NCBI RefSeq assembly: GCF_902713615.1
Contig: NC_052147.1
Span: 28,198,276 to 28,262,275, forward strand
DNA: 64,000 bases
Reading direction: 5' to 3'
Origin: Scyliorhinus canicula
Taxonomy: Eukaryota
Below the pieces are notes generated by a model, which saw nothing but the letters and a program-made list of their open reading frames with translations, was not told where the DNA came from and searched no databases. Shown here in pieces: positions 49,789-61,795 of the stretch. How positions within the stretch are numbered: the first letter of the stretch is position 1; the number at the start of each line of letters is the position of its first letter. Made by a program: the position numbers and the translations under genes.

Positions 49789-49873
49789 AGTGGTGAAAGA
49801 ATTTTCAAATCTACTTTCGGCAAATCCAGCAGATGAAAGTTCATCTCTACTTCGCATTAAACTCTTTCTAAGT
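49789..49873 (-). CDS. OTUB2: OTUB2 exon 4 (85 nt)
   Basis: ttttag|A CTT...ACT|gtgagt; LRKSLMRSRDELSSAGFAESRFENSFTT; phase 2 to 0 fits its neighbours. Confidence 0.9.
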
Positions 49874-51691
49874 CTAAAATAAGTAAATCAGAGAAATGGT
49901 GATTAAGCCTGTATGGTTAACACTACAAACACCATGGAGAAGATTTTCACTTATTTATAGAAGGAAATCATTATTTTTTGTTTGATACATGTTTACTGTT
50001 TCTCCGTGGAGAATATGTAGAAAATCCAATAAAATTAATTTAAAATCTTGGGAGTGGGATTTTCCATCCCTGCCCACCATCGGATCGTCCGGCTGTGCTG
50101 AAAGCCAATGGACTTTGAGCTGGGCCATCGAATCTCCCATGGTGGATCCTATCACGAGGGAGCTTGAAAATCCCAACTTTTGACTTTTTTCCCTCCCTGT
50201 TAATTCCTTGACACGTCTAGAGTCACTCCAGTGTCACACACGGAAACAAAGTATCGTCTTTAAAGAGTTTCCACATTATGATACTACAACAATGCCCACA
50301 GGAGCATTATAAAACAAAATCACACAAATCACAGAAGCGGGTATTAGGCCAGATGACCAAAACCTTTGGTCAAAGTTTTATTGAGTGCCTTACAGAAAAA
50401 ACTAGCAAAGTGGTGCAAGCATGGAATTCCAGAGCTTAAGGCATGATCAAAGTCAGAGCAATGAAAACGGGGGGGTGGTTGCTCAAGAGGTCAGAATTAG
50501 ATGAGCACAGATGTGTCGGAGACATGTGGGCAAGGAGGAGATTACAGAATATAGGGAGGATACAAAGGAGTCTACACAAGCATGTCTTGTCTGCTTGATC
50601 TTGCAGTGCGTTCACTCTTCATTGCTGTTAAGTATCAAGAGCGGGCACTCACTGGATAATGCACACGGCTGCCTACTTTCCCTCTGTGACATCAGAGTCT
50701 AGAGGGGGGGGGCACGTGGTGTCCACCTCCAATGCTCAATGCCTTCCCAACCAGTGGGTGGGTACCTCAGAGACTAGAATGCATCATCAACCCCTAAAAC
50801 AACATTGATAGGTTTCCTTTCACAGATTTTATTTCTCCCACAATTGTTTGAAGGTCACCTATAAGTGGTGGATTTCTTTATTTGCTGATTCAATTATTTG
50901 ATTGTCCAAAAGAGCACAAAGAAACACGGGCTGCCTGCTTCTCTGCGGCTGGATTTCCCTGGAGAGGGAGCACACGGAATGCCTGAGGACACGATACTTC
51001 CCCAGCTAAAACCACTCATTTAAGGCACTAGCTTGGAGTGTTAGAGAAAGCAGATTGAGAAAGAATCCCTGCCCTCAGCAACAAGTGCAATCCTCCACAT
51101 TTGGTTAGTATGTCAGAATGGCTGGCCAACCAATTGAACACTGCAAGAAATGTAACGTTCTTATAGCAGCCAAATCTTAATTGTGTTTCAAAGTGTAAAA
51201 AAAGAAACCCAATTGTTCAGTGTTTTGAATAGTGGTAAATACTTTTCCAATGAATTACCCTTTCCAAACCAGCCATCTGTAGAGAACATGACTGGGTATC
51301 TACTTAAAAATGGAAAAAAATTACAAGGCCAAAGGGAAAGATCCAAGGAATGGGACTAATTGGTAGCTCTTTCAGAAAACCAGCACAAATACAATGGGCA
51401 AAAGGACCTCCTGTGTGGTACAAATCTATGCTTCAGAGGGAGAGAGGGGGGAAATGAAATTCCCTACCCTTGTCTTGAAAGCCTCATCGGAGATCATTTT
51501 CCCTTGCATCCACTTCCTCCTCCTCGCTAACAACACAATAACATGCTCATAGGAAGAATCAACAGCTAGTGTACTGTACCTTTAGGTTCACAAATCTGAA
51601 TTCAATTGCATCACTACCTTGTAACTCTATCCTACTTATCACTATGCAGCCAAATGCAATACTATGAGCAACAACCGTAAAACAAACTTAC

Positions 51692-51810
51692 TTTTGTATT
51701 CCCTTTTTACTTCCAAGTAGTGATTCCAAGAAAGCAAAGCTCAGCGCTCGATAAAAGCAGTTCCCATCACCAAGTGTTCTTCTGAAGAAAGAATACTTTC
51801 TACTAATATC
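51692..51810 (-). CDS. OTUB2: OTUB2 exon 3 (119 nt) with the catalytic Cys
   Basis: DISRKYSFFRRTLGDGNCFYRALSFAFLESLLG (OTU Cys box); aag| acceptor and |gtaagt donor. Confidence 0.94.
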
Positions 51811-52841
51811 CTTTAAAGAAAAAGATAAATCTCACACAGGGCCTGCCAAGAAAAAAGTCATTTTCAATTCATTTCTTTTCAACATTTAAATCGCATGCTT
51901 GAAGTCTGAAGGAAACAAGTACCCATTCAGACCAGCATTGTAACGAAAAGTAGTCCTGTAGGAATTTTGTTTTACAGTATCCTGGCATGAATACAAAACT
52001 AGCAACTAGCTATAAGCAACCGATCTATTTCGTCAAAGATGAACTGAGAAAGGAAGAAGTGTATGTATTGAGCCACAGAAGTAATAGGGTCAGGGTGGAG
52101 CTTTAGTACTCAATCTTCAGCGTGACAAATGATTATATTGAAGTCTTCTTCTAAAAAAAAAATGGTTGTCTCCTTATAACTCAAGTTATTATGCTTGGAA
52201 TTTATCAACCAGCTGGAGCCAGGTTGCCCATAAAGAACATGGATGTTCGTTGCCATCTCACTGGTAATAAGCTTGTTAGCCTAATACACAATTTTCAATT
52301 ATGTTCCGGCTTCACAACGTGTTCAGTTTGTCGCTCCTTTAACTTAATTAGAGTGGAATATCTTTCAGATGAAGTCCCAGTAATTCTCTCCCAGGAGAGA
52401 AAAAGCTGTTAGATAATCTGATGACAAATAATATTAAAGGCTCAAACAAACAACCAACAACAATCTCAAAAGTGCTTGAAAGGCCAAGAAAAATCATACT
52501 CAAATCATTTAGAAAACATTAAATTCTTAGTTGCAATTGTTTTCTCTGCTCAAGTTAAAGAAAATATAATAAAATTATTCCCTATTTGAAATAAGGTCTC
52601 ATTTGGGGGGAGGCGGTGGCATAGTGGTATTGTCACTGGACTGGTAATTAATTTTCTGGTTCGAATCCCACCACGGCAGTTGGCGGTGGAATGTTAATTC
52701 AATAATAAATATCTGGAATTAAAAATCTATTGACCATGAAAACCATTGTCGGTGGTCGGAAAAAGCCATCTGGTTCACTAATGTCCTTCAGGGAAGGAAA
52801 TCTGCTGTCCCTACCAGGCCTACACGGGAATCTAGACTCAC

Positions 52842-53177
52842 AACATGGTAGCATTGTGGATAGCACAATGGCTTCACAGCTCCAGGGTCCCAGGTTCGAT
52901 TCCGGCTTGGGTCACTGTCTGTGCAGAGTCTGCACATCCTCCCCGTGTCTGCGTGGGTTTCCTCCAGGTGCTCCGGTTTCCTCCCACAGTCCAAAGATGT
53001 GCAGGTTAGGTGGATTGGCCATGATAAGTTGCCCGTAGTGTCCAAAATTGCCCTTAGTGTTGGGTGGGGTTATTGGGATAGGGTGGAGGTGTTGACCTTG
53101 GGTAGGGTGCTCTTTCCAAGAGCCTGTGCAGACTCGATGGGCCAAATGGCCTCCTTCTGCACTGTAAATTCTATGAT
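52842..53177 (+). mobile_element. HE1-type SINE with CR1-like tail
   Basis: Homologous to 29294-29600; nested in another SINE starting at about 52610. Confidence 0.85.
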
Positions 53178-53229
53178 ATCTCCTCTAACCCTTGCCCCTA
53201 GCACCTTAAACGATGTGGTGGACTCTTAA

Positions 53230-55005
53230 ACGCCCTCTCGGAAACAGTCAATCCATTCAGTTATATCAAACTGCCAAAACGTCTTAAAGAAATGGAACCG
53301 ACGGACCACCCAAAATCGACTGAGGCCATGGGAAATGACAAAGGTAAACTCACTTGTCGACCCTGCAAGGTCCTCCTTACTACATTTGGGGCTTGTGCCA
53401 AATTAAAAGAGCTGTCTCAAAGACTAGTCAAGCAACAACCCGACACTCGTACTCAGGGAATCATACCTTAGAGACAATGTCCCAGACACCACCATCCCCC
53501 CATCCCAGAGTATCTCCTGTCCCACCAGCAGGGCAGACCCAGCAGAGGTGGTGGCACAGTGGGATACAGTCAGGAGGAAATTGCCTTGGGAGTCCTCACA
53601 CCAGCCATTGTGTGGCACTACCACTGTGCTAGATTGGAACGGTTCTGGACACAACTAGCAACTCAAAAAGGGGAGATTGTGAGACGCTGTGGACCATCAG
53701 CAGAGGCAGAATTGTACTAGACCACAATCTATAACCTCATGGCCTGGCACATCCCCCACTCTACCATTAGCACTAAGCCAGAGGATCAACCCTGGTTCAA
53801 TGAAGAGTGGAGGAGAGCATGCCAGGAGCAGCACCAGGCAAGCCTGGTGAAGCTAGAACACTGCTTGCGTGCCAAACAACAGAAGGAGCAAGTGATAGAC
53901 AGAGCTAAGCAATTCCACAACCTAGCATCATTTGCTTAGCAATTACTTGCTCACTGATGCTCAAGTTTGGGCTCCGCCAGGGTCACTCAGCTCCTGACCT
54001 CAATACAGCCTTTGATCAAACATAGTCAAAAAAGATTAACTACATGGGTGAGGCAAGAATGACTGCCCTTGGCATAAAAGGTCACATTTGACCGAGTGTG
54101 GCATCGAGGAACCCTATCAAAACTGGAGTCAATGGGAATCGGGGTAAACTCTGGTGGTTTGAGTCAAACCTGGCACAAAGAAAGATGTTTGTGGTCGTTA
54201 GAGGTCAGTCACCTCAGCTCCAGGACATTACTGCACGAGTTCCTCGGCTTGTGTCCGAGGCCTGACAATCTTCAGCTGCTTCATCAATGACCTTCCCCCC
54301 CCCCAACCATAAGGTCAGATGTGGAGATTATTGCAAAATGTTCAAAACCATTCACAACTTCTCAGATGCTGAAGCAGTTCCTATCCAAATGCAGCAAGAC
54401 CTGTATAATAGCGAGCTGGTCAGGGGTTATGAATTCCCTGGTAAGTAACTCAACTCCTACCTTCCCAAAGCCAGTCCACCATCTACAAGGCACAAGTAAG
54501 GAGTGCAATGGAATACTCTCCCCTTGCCTGGTTAAATCCAGCTCCAAAAAAGACTCAATAAGCTAGACAATATCCAAGATCAAGCAGCCCACTTAATTGG
54601 CACACCATCCACAGACATTAATATCTCCACTACTAACGCACAGTAGCAGCAGCGTGTACTGGCTACAAGATGCACTGCAGATATTTACCAAAGCTCCTTA
54701 GATAGCACCTTCCAAACCCACAACCACTATCATCTAGAAGGGCAAGGGCAGCAGGCACATGGGAACCCCATCTGGTAGTTCCCCTCTAAGTTACTTACCA
54801 TTCTGACTTGGATATATATTGCCATTCCTTCACTGTCGTTGGGCCAAAATCCTGGAATTTCCTTCCTAATAGCACTGTGGGCGTGCGTACCTACAACACA
54901 GACTGCAGCCATTCAAGGCAGCTCAACACCACCTTCACAATGGCATTTAGGGATGGGCAAAAAATGCTGGCCTAGCCAGCGAAGCCCACCTCCCTTGAAT
55001 AAATA
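53230..55005 (+). mobile_element. Internally deleted, decayed family B LINE
   Basis: KPEDQPWFNEE tether motif, VWHRG RT remnant and the shared 3' tail. Confidence 0.7.
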
Positions 55006-56517
55006 AGAAAAAAATAAATTTAATGTACTACCAATTTCAATGCCCAAAATGGCAAATTATGGGAAAGGACTTACTAAATAAGATTTGCTGTTTGTTTACC
55101 CAAGCACATTGCAAAAGGATTACTTGACTCTTAAGACAATGACAAGCATTTGGTAGGTCTGGGAGGGAAGCAGGGCCTCTCACTCACGAGTGATGTAAAA
55201 GATCAGAGCCAGAATTGAGGGCGAAAAGATTTAAAAGTAAAATGCAACAAACCTATCTAGAAATAGGGAAAATAAAACAACTGCAACTGCTGAAGCAAAA
55301 AAAAAAAAATCATGGCGATACTCAGCTGACTGGGCAACATCTGTAAAGAAAGATAATTAATATTTTAGGTATAAACATTTGTTAGAACTGTAAGGTTATT
55401 ACAGCTGAGCACCTTGTAAGTTTATAAGGTAGCCATCTGTACAATATTCCAGTTCTGACCATGAATTATACCCAAACGCTAACATTTTTTTCTTCTTTAA
55501 AAAAAACCAGAAGCGGTCTGATCAGCAGTGTGTTTTTAAAGTAAAGTCTCTTGTTCCTCAATTTTCATCTTGCACTGAGCGAGCTAAGCATGTAGGTGTG
55601 ACTAAGAGCCAGGCCATGCTCAATCCATGACTGTAGTGTAGACTCTACACGGTTAAAGAAGCAAGTTTGTCCATATTATCTAATGACGCATATGTGGTTT
55701 ACATGTTGGGAATTCATGCCAGGAATTCATTTATGGTGCATAATTTTGACTGGGTATCTGGATCAACCAGCAAGTCAGTGCTACAAGCTACTTTGAAAAT
55801 ATATATTGATAACCCAGCTTCTGAAATCCGTGCTAATTGTAAAGGATGTATGACTTGCCTATGAGACACAATCAGTAACCCCTGAATGGCTTAAAATGAT
55901 AATTCATGAGCAACTTCTTTGCTAGACTGGTGTCTTAATGTCCTTGGCAGGATATTGGTCATATCTTGGTCTGTCTATATATGCTGCTTTTAGGAGATTA
56001 AAAAATAAAGTCCATTTTAATTGGCAACAGTGTTGAGATTGCAGTGTTAAGTATGGTTTTTTTTAAAATATCAATGCAGCGCCATCTAATCCATGCCTGC
56101 TCATCACCACCCAAACAGAAAGGTTTGGAGTGCAGGCTGCTACCCACCGGTTTAGCAGATAAACCAGACAGACGGAGGAATCTGAATTAAGAGGTTAAAG
56201 CGTTCTACTCTATATATACTGCAGTATGTTCAAAGAAGATGCTATCGAATAACAGATTTCCAAAACAGTTTATAGGACAGATTAAGTTGGGAAAAAAGTC
56301 ACAATGTAATCAGTAAACTAACCTGGTAAAGTTTAATTTTTGAAAAAATGCCAGTATCTGCATTAATTCCTCCCATATTGCCAAAGGTAATGTAGGCAGA
56401 TAATTAACTCAGGTCATAGTTTTATAGCTAACACGCATTTTTACATTAAAAAATTTAAATCCTTACTGCTGCTTCAATAACTGAGTTTGCAGTACATCTA
56501 CATTCCCGACATACATT

Positions 56518-57221
56518 GGCTTGGATTTTGCAGTGGGAATGATGGCAAAACTAGTAGGCGTCCAACCTCATTACCACACTAAAACTGATCGAAATTTCTG
56601 GAGTGCACACATGCACAAAAGTAATGCAGAAATTGGAAGTTGCTGTCAGTAATTGTATCTGTCTCCAGGGGATGCCATCCCCATCTCAGACTGCAATCAA
56701 CGGGAAATACAACTGAATTGACACGACCTTCCACTCTGACATGGTTAATTTCACTTTTTACACTATGTCTAATAATTGTAACTGGGTTTTTAAAACAGTG
56801 CACCAAATTTCATATTTGTTGCTAAACACTCTCACCAGCTCCAAAAAGCTAATTTTATATTTGTGGAATGTCAAATTTCTTCATAGTTAAAGAAAATGAC
56901 ACTTTTAAATGTACTTTTTTTTTTTTTAAAGTTATCTGTATTTTAGTTTTTTTTAAACCATAATCCAGTCACTTAAATTTACATTAAAAGTGAAGGATTA
57001 TGGGTTTTTTAAACTTCCTGGTTTGCTTTGTGTGAATACTTCAATGTGACTGGCTCTTTACCTCCATGCTAACATCGCTTTATGCCCACAACTCCCCTGG
57101 CCCTGGCACCCGTTTTAAACTGGCATCAGGAAAGGGGAAAACCACATCACATTGACAGCTAGATCTTTGTGGGCAGCTTTCCTCCAGGTCCTTGCTTCGT
57201 GGCAATCACAAAATCCAGGCC
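56518..57221. mobile_element. Non-autonomous TIR element (PIF/Harbinger-like)
   Basis: TIRs GGCTTGGATTTTG / CAAAATCCAGGCC (12 of 13 match); flanks att/act. Confidence 0.55.
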
Positions 57222-57284
57222 ACTATCATCACTGTCCGGTATTTACTTTAATTAGTGAATGCCGTGATAAATAGAAGCATTTTC

Positions 57285-58626
57285 TTTTTTCTTTAACTAT
57301 TTTTTATTCTCCTTTTTCACATTTTCTCCCGAATTTACACCCACCAACAATAAACAATAATCAGCAACAAATATGTCAATCCACATAACAATAACAACGA
57401 TCCCATCCTCCCACCAACCCCCAAACATCAGCCCGCATGTTTACATAAACAAATGACAAAAAGGAATCAGGGATTACCCATAGTCACCCTTAATACACAC
57501 AGTACCCCCCCCCCCCCCCCCCCCCCCGGGCCCGGCCAACCCTCCCACCTTTCCCCCCCCCCCCCCAACTAATGTTCGATGTTATCCAGTTCTTGAAAGT
57601 GCATAATGAATAATGCCCATGAATTGTAGAACCCCTCCGTCCTTCCCCTCAGTTCAAACTTAACCTTCTCAAGGGTCAAGTATTCCAACAAGTCCCCCCA
57701 CCACGCCAGGGCACAGGGTGGAGAGGCTGCTCTCCATCCCAGCAGGATCTGCCTTCAGGCGATCAACGAGGCGAAGGCTACGATAACTGCCTCTGCACCG
57801 ATTTCTAACCCTGGCTGATCCGACACCCCGAATATGGCCTCCCGGGGACCCGGGTCCAGTTTCATGTGCACTAACTCGGAAATTACCTTAAAAGCCTCCT
57901 TCCAGTACTCCTCTAGCTTTGGACAGGACCAAAACATATGAACATGATTAGCACCCCACCCCCCCCCCCCCCCCCCCCTCTTTAGCGGCTTAATCCCTTT
58001 TTCTTCCCATTTCCGATAACTTACATCCGACCTCCCTGGCTCAAATCTGTGGTTCCCTCGCATCGGCATTTCCCTTGGCCCTGTCCCCAACCCGAAGTGT
58101 CGGTGAAACTGCCTCCAGATTTTCAATGAAGCTATTATAACCGGACTCGCCGAGTATTTCCCCGGAGCTATCGGGAGTGGCGCTGTTGCTAGTGCTTTCA
58201 GTCCCGACTCCCTGCACAAACTCTCCTCCATTCTGACCCACTGGGAATCAACCCCTCTGACCCAGCTCCGCACCTTCTCCACATTCGCCACCCAGTAGTA
58301 GTACATCAGGTTCGGGAGACCCAAACCCCCTGCCTGCCTTCCCTTCTGTAGCAGCACCTTTCTAACTCTGGCCACTTTCCCTCCCCATATGAACGAGGTA
58401 ATCCTTCCCTCAATCTTCCTGAAAAAAGCCTTTGGCAGGAAAATCGGTAGGCATTGAAAAATGAACAGAAATCGCGGCAACACATTCAGTTTAACCACCT
58501 GCATCCGACCCGCCAGTGACAGAGGAAGACCATCCCAGCTTGCCAGATCGGCTTTCACTCTCCCCACCAAACTAGTGATATTGTACTTGCGAAGCCTCCC
58601 CCACTCCCGAGCAACCTGCACCCCCA
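57285..58626 (-). mobile_element. 5'-truncated L1/Tx1-clade LINE in OTUB2 intron 2
   Basis: ORF 57755-58621 (LSLAGRMQVVKLNVLPRFLF, GGLGLPN, ANHVHMFWSC); 19-bp TSD gataaatagaagcattttc (57266-57284 and 58627-58645); AATAAA and A tail on the minus strand. Confidence 0.92.
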
Positions 58627-58671
58627 GATAAATAGAAGCATTTTCAGAGCTTTAAGTGATCAACATCATAC

Positions 58672-58764
58672 CTGCACTTTTTTTTGGTAAATTTTATCTT
58701 CAGGATGCTCTTCTCCAAGTGCTAGTATTTCATTTTTGTCAGAGACTATAGAACCAGATCCAAA
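58672..58764 (-). CDS. OTUB2: OTUB2 exon 2 (93 nt)
   Basis: aatag|TTT...CAG|gtatga; FGSGSIVSDKNEILALGEEHPEDKIYQKKVQ resembles otubain LISEKCDILSILRDHPENRIYRRKIE. Confidence 0.88.
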
Positions 58765-60486
58765 CTATTTAACAAAAAGGGGAAAGGACACTTAATAGAG
58801 CAAGGAAATCAGTACTCGGCAGCAAAAACGCATTTCACATCCACAAACGCAAATCTGTACATTTTAACATTTGAACAAAGATCAAATATCCTAATATTCT
58901 ACAAGCAATGCATAGCTAGTATTCCATGAATGGTAGTGCACACATGGCAATCAAATCATGAAGCTTAAGTTCCCTGATATAATCAGAGTAAGTTGGGACC
59001 CAATCCAGAACACTGTTCCTGACCAGGTACATTGCAGAAAAGTGGAGTTCACAAAATGGAAAGTGGTAGATTCCACTTCCCCCCCCCCCCCCCCCCCCGG
59101 AGGCAAAATGAATGGAGCTCAAACTCAAATATTAACCAGTCTCCAGGGCAGGATTTCAGAGAAATATTGAAGGCCATGCAGGTCAATGCCTTTAAAAAAA
59201 AAACAAGGGGTGACTGAATTAAAAAAAGGAAGGCCGCCTTTGTGAACAAGTAATCGGGAAACTTTAAAGAAAAAAAAATATTTTCTTACCATCACACACA
59301 TGCCTTGCAAAGTTAACGCAAAGGTGGAAAATGTGATTTTTTTTTTTTTCCCCCCTTCCTAGTACCTGTTCAGTATGTTGTGGATACATGCTATGACTTA
59401 AGAAAAACTTCAGTTCAGATGTTTGTGTGGCTGGGTCAGAGTCAAGTATATTATCAGAGGCTGCTTTGCTGACAAGTGCATGCATGCATCACCCAAAGGA
59501 TACATTTGAACATAATACTTATGTTATATAGCACAAATAATCCATGAGACTAGTAGTCATCAACTTCAGGAGGATGCAAAGGCACACTACAGACCTTTCA
59601 CTTCTGGAGCTTGGATTCAAATCCAACTCTAATTGGCACCCTCACATGACAGGCTGCAAGAAAAGCTGGTGTACAAAAAGTAGTAAATTCACATTAGTGC
59701 AGGAGGAGGTACTCTGTTGAGTTTAGGGTTATGAGACATCACTGGAGCAGCATAAAAAGAGTTTTGATCCCATCAATACATACAGAACCCAACCAAGAAA
59801 TTAAACTGACAGTGAATGGAGCAGTCCATTAAACTAATGTTATTAAACTAACACAAGTGACCTAATTAACAGAAAAAATATGATACAGATCAAAAAATGC
59901 AACAATAATTTTGACTACTGAAGCAATGCATGAATTGTGTGGCCATCTCAGGTCCATGATCTGTCATCAGAAGACCTCAAACATCAACTGCCTCTCCACA
60001 GATGCTGCCTGGTATGTTGAGTTGTGCCACCACTTTATTATTTCAGATTTCCAGCATCCACAGTATTTGCTTTTGCATGAATTGTTACATGCCCATAGGG
60101 GCAACACTGATTCTCTTCTTTTAGCAAAGAATACCCCACTTTAAATGCACAGCACAAAACCACAACACACAATTTAAGGACAATCCATTTAGACAGATAC
60201 AGCTCACAAGCCCCTTGCTTTACAGCAGGCAGTAAAGCGTTGAAAATGAATGTAACTTTGTCAATAGAATTGGTGACGCCTGCTGTTGCTCAGTGTTGTC
60301 ACAATGTTAACTGACCCACTAAATCCACTGGGGAATGGGACTAACTACAATCTTGTTCCACCCCAACGCAAAACCCGTCACTCTTGTTGCCTTCCCCTTC
60401 CTCTTCCCCCTCCCCCAATATGTCATTTTTTTAAACTGCTCCCACTGGGTGTAAGGGGAGTTCGAAAGAGGGTAGCTCGGACTTAC

Positions 60487-60498
60487 TGCACCGTCCAT
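60487..60498 (-). CDS. OTUB2: OTUB2 candidate first coding exon (MDGA)
   Basis: gcaATGG Kozak context at the edge of a CpG island; consensus donor GCA|GTAAGT; phase 0 fits the next exon. Alternative starts exist (see findings). Confidence 0.6.
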
Positions 60499-60539
60499 TG
60501 CACCCTCTCTGGAAGAATAAGCCACTCAGTTCCTGCTCT

Positions 60540-60760
60540 GCACACATATACAACGCGGAGCCCGGGATTGACACATTGCCCGCAAGCCTCAGGAGCCGCG
60601 CGTCGCCAACCCCGCCCTCACCCCGTCGCAGGAAGTGACGCGACAGACAATTGACAATCGGAGAGTCAGGTGGCCTCACCCCGCGGCCAATCAGAGCAGC
60701 GGGAGGGGCGTTGTCCCTCCTCCGCTGTGTGGTGAGCACGTGCTGCTGCCAGCTGTGCTG
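60540..60760 (-). promoter_or_regulatory. Small CpG island promoter of OTUB2
   Basis: CpG cluster; GC box; GGAAGTGACG ETS/CRE-like composite (60631-60640); CCAAT (60687-60691); E-box CACGTG (60737-60742). Confidence 0.72.
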
Positions 60761-60879
60761 CTTGGTGTTGTTGTTGTGCAGTTCACAATAGTCATTGTCT
60801 GGCTCACAGAGCTATCACTGCCAGAGGCCATGTCGGTTTGGATGGTTGCACCATACATCAATTTAAACTGTTATATTTA

Positions 60880-61523
60880 TTTTTTAATACATTTAGAATA
60901 ATGATCTTTATTATTGTCACAAGTAGGCTTACATTAACACTGCAATGAAGTTACTGTGAAAGTCCCCTTGTCGCCATACTCCGGGCCCTGTTCGGGTACA
61001 CGGAGGGAGAATTCAGACTGTCCAATTCACCAAACAAGTACGTCCTTCGGGACTTGTGGGAGGCAACTCCGCACCCGGAGGAAACCCATGCAGACACGGG
61101 GAGAACGCGAAGACTCCACACAGACAGTGACCCAAGCCAGGAATCGAACCTGGGATTCTGGAGCTGTGAAGCAACAGTGTTTTTTTTAAATAAATATTTT
61201 TATTGGCATTTTCAATTTATGCACAGTAACACTTTACATTTAATATTTACAGTACATATGGCTCTTATATACATGAAGCAACAGTGCTAACCACTGTGCT
61301 ACCGTGCCACCTTGGAGTACCCAATTATTTTTTTCCAATTAAGGGCAGTTTAGCCTGTCCAATCGGCCTCGCCTGCACATCATTTGGGTTTTGGGGGTGA
61401 GATCCATACAGACACAGGGAGAATGTGCAAACTCCACACAGACAGTGACCCGGGGCTGGGATCGAACCCAGGTCCTCGGCACAGTGAGGCAGCAGGGCTA
61501 ACCACCGCGCCACCGTGCTGCCC
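60880..61523 (-). mobile_element. Triple-nested SINE/SINE/short A-tailed insertion
   Basis: Outer TSD taaa(c/t)tgttatattta (60864-60879 and 61524-61539); inner SINE at about 60900-61310; innermost 94 bp with a 13-bp TSD. Confidence 0.75.
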
Positions 61524-61626
61524 TAAATTGTTATATTTAAATCAATTTAAGTGTTGCTAAATCATCAGATTGCATGAGCAACATCCGGTACTGGATAAAC
61601 AGAAACTGCCTTCCCTTAAATATATT

Positions 61627-61795
61627 GGGCTGGATTTTCCGCCCTGCCATGCCACATTGCTGTTTCAGCACGCCGGCAGGATGCCCCATTACGCCAGCCA
61701 GTCAATGGGGTTTCCCACTGTGGGGCAACCCAACCCCAATCAGGAAACCTCCGGGCTGCCGGCAAAATGGAGCATCAAGCCGGAGAATCCAGCCC
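61627..61795. mobile_element. 169-bp MITE, PIF/Harbinger-like
   Basis: TIR GGGCTGGATT(T/C)TCCG, 14 of 15 match; 3-bp TSD ATT/ATT. Confidence 0.8.
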
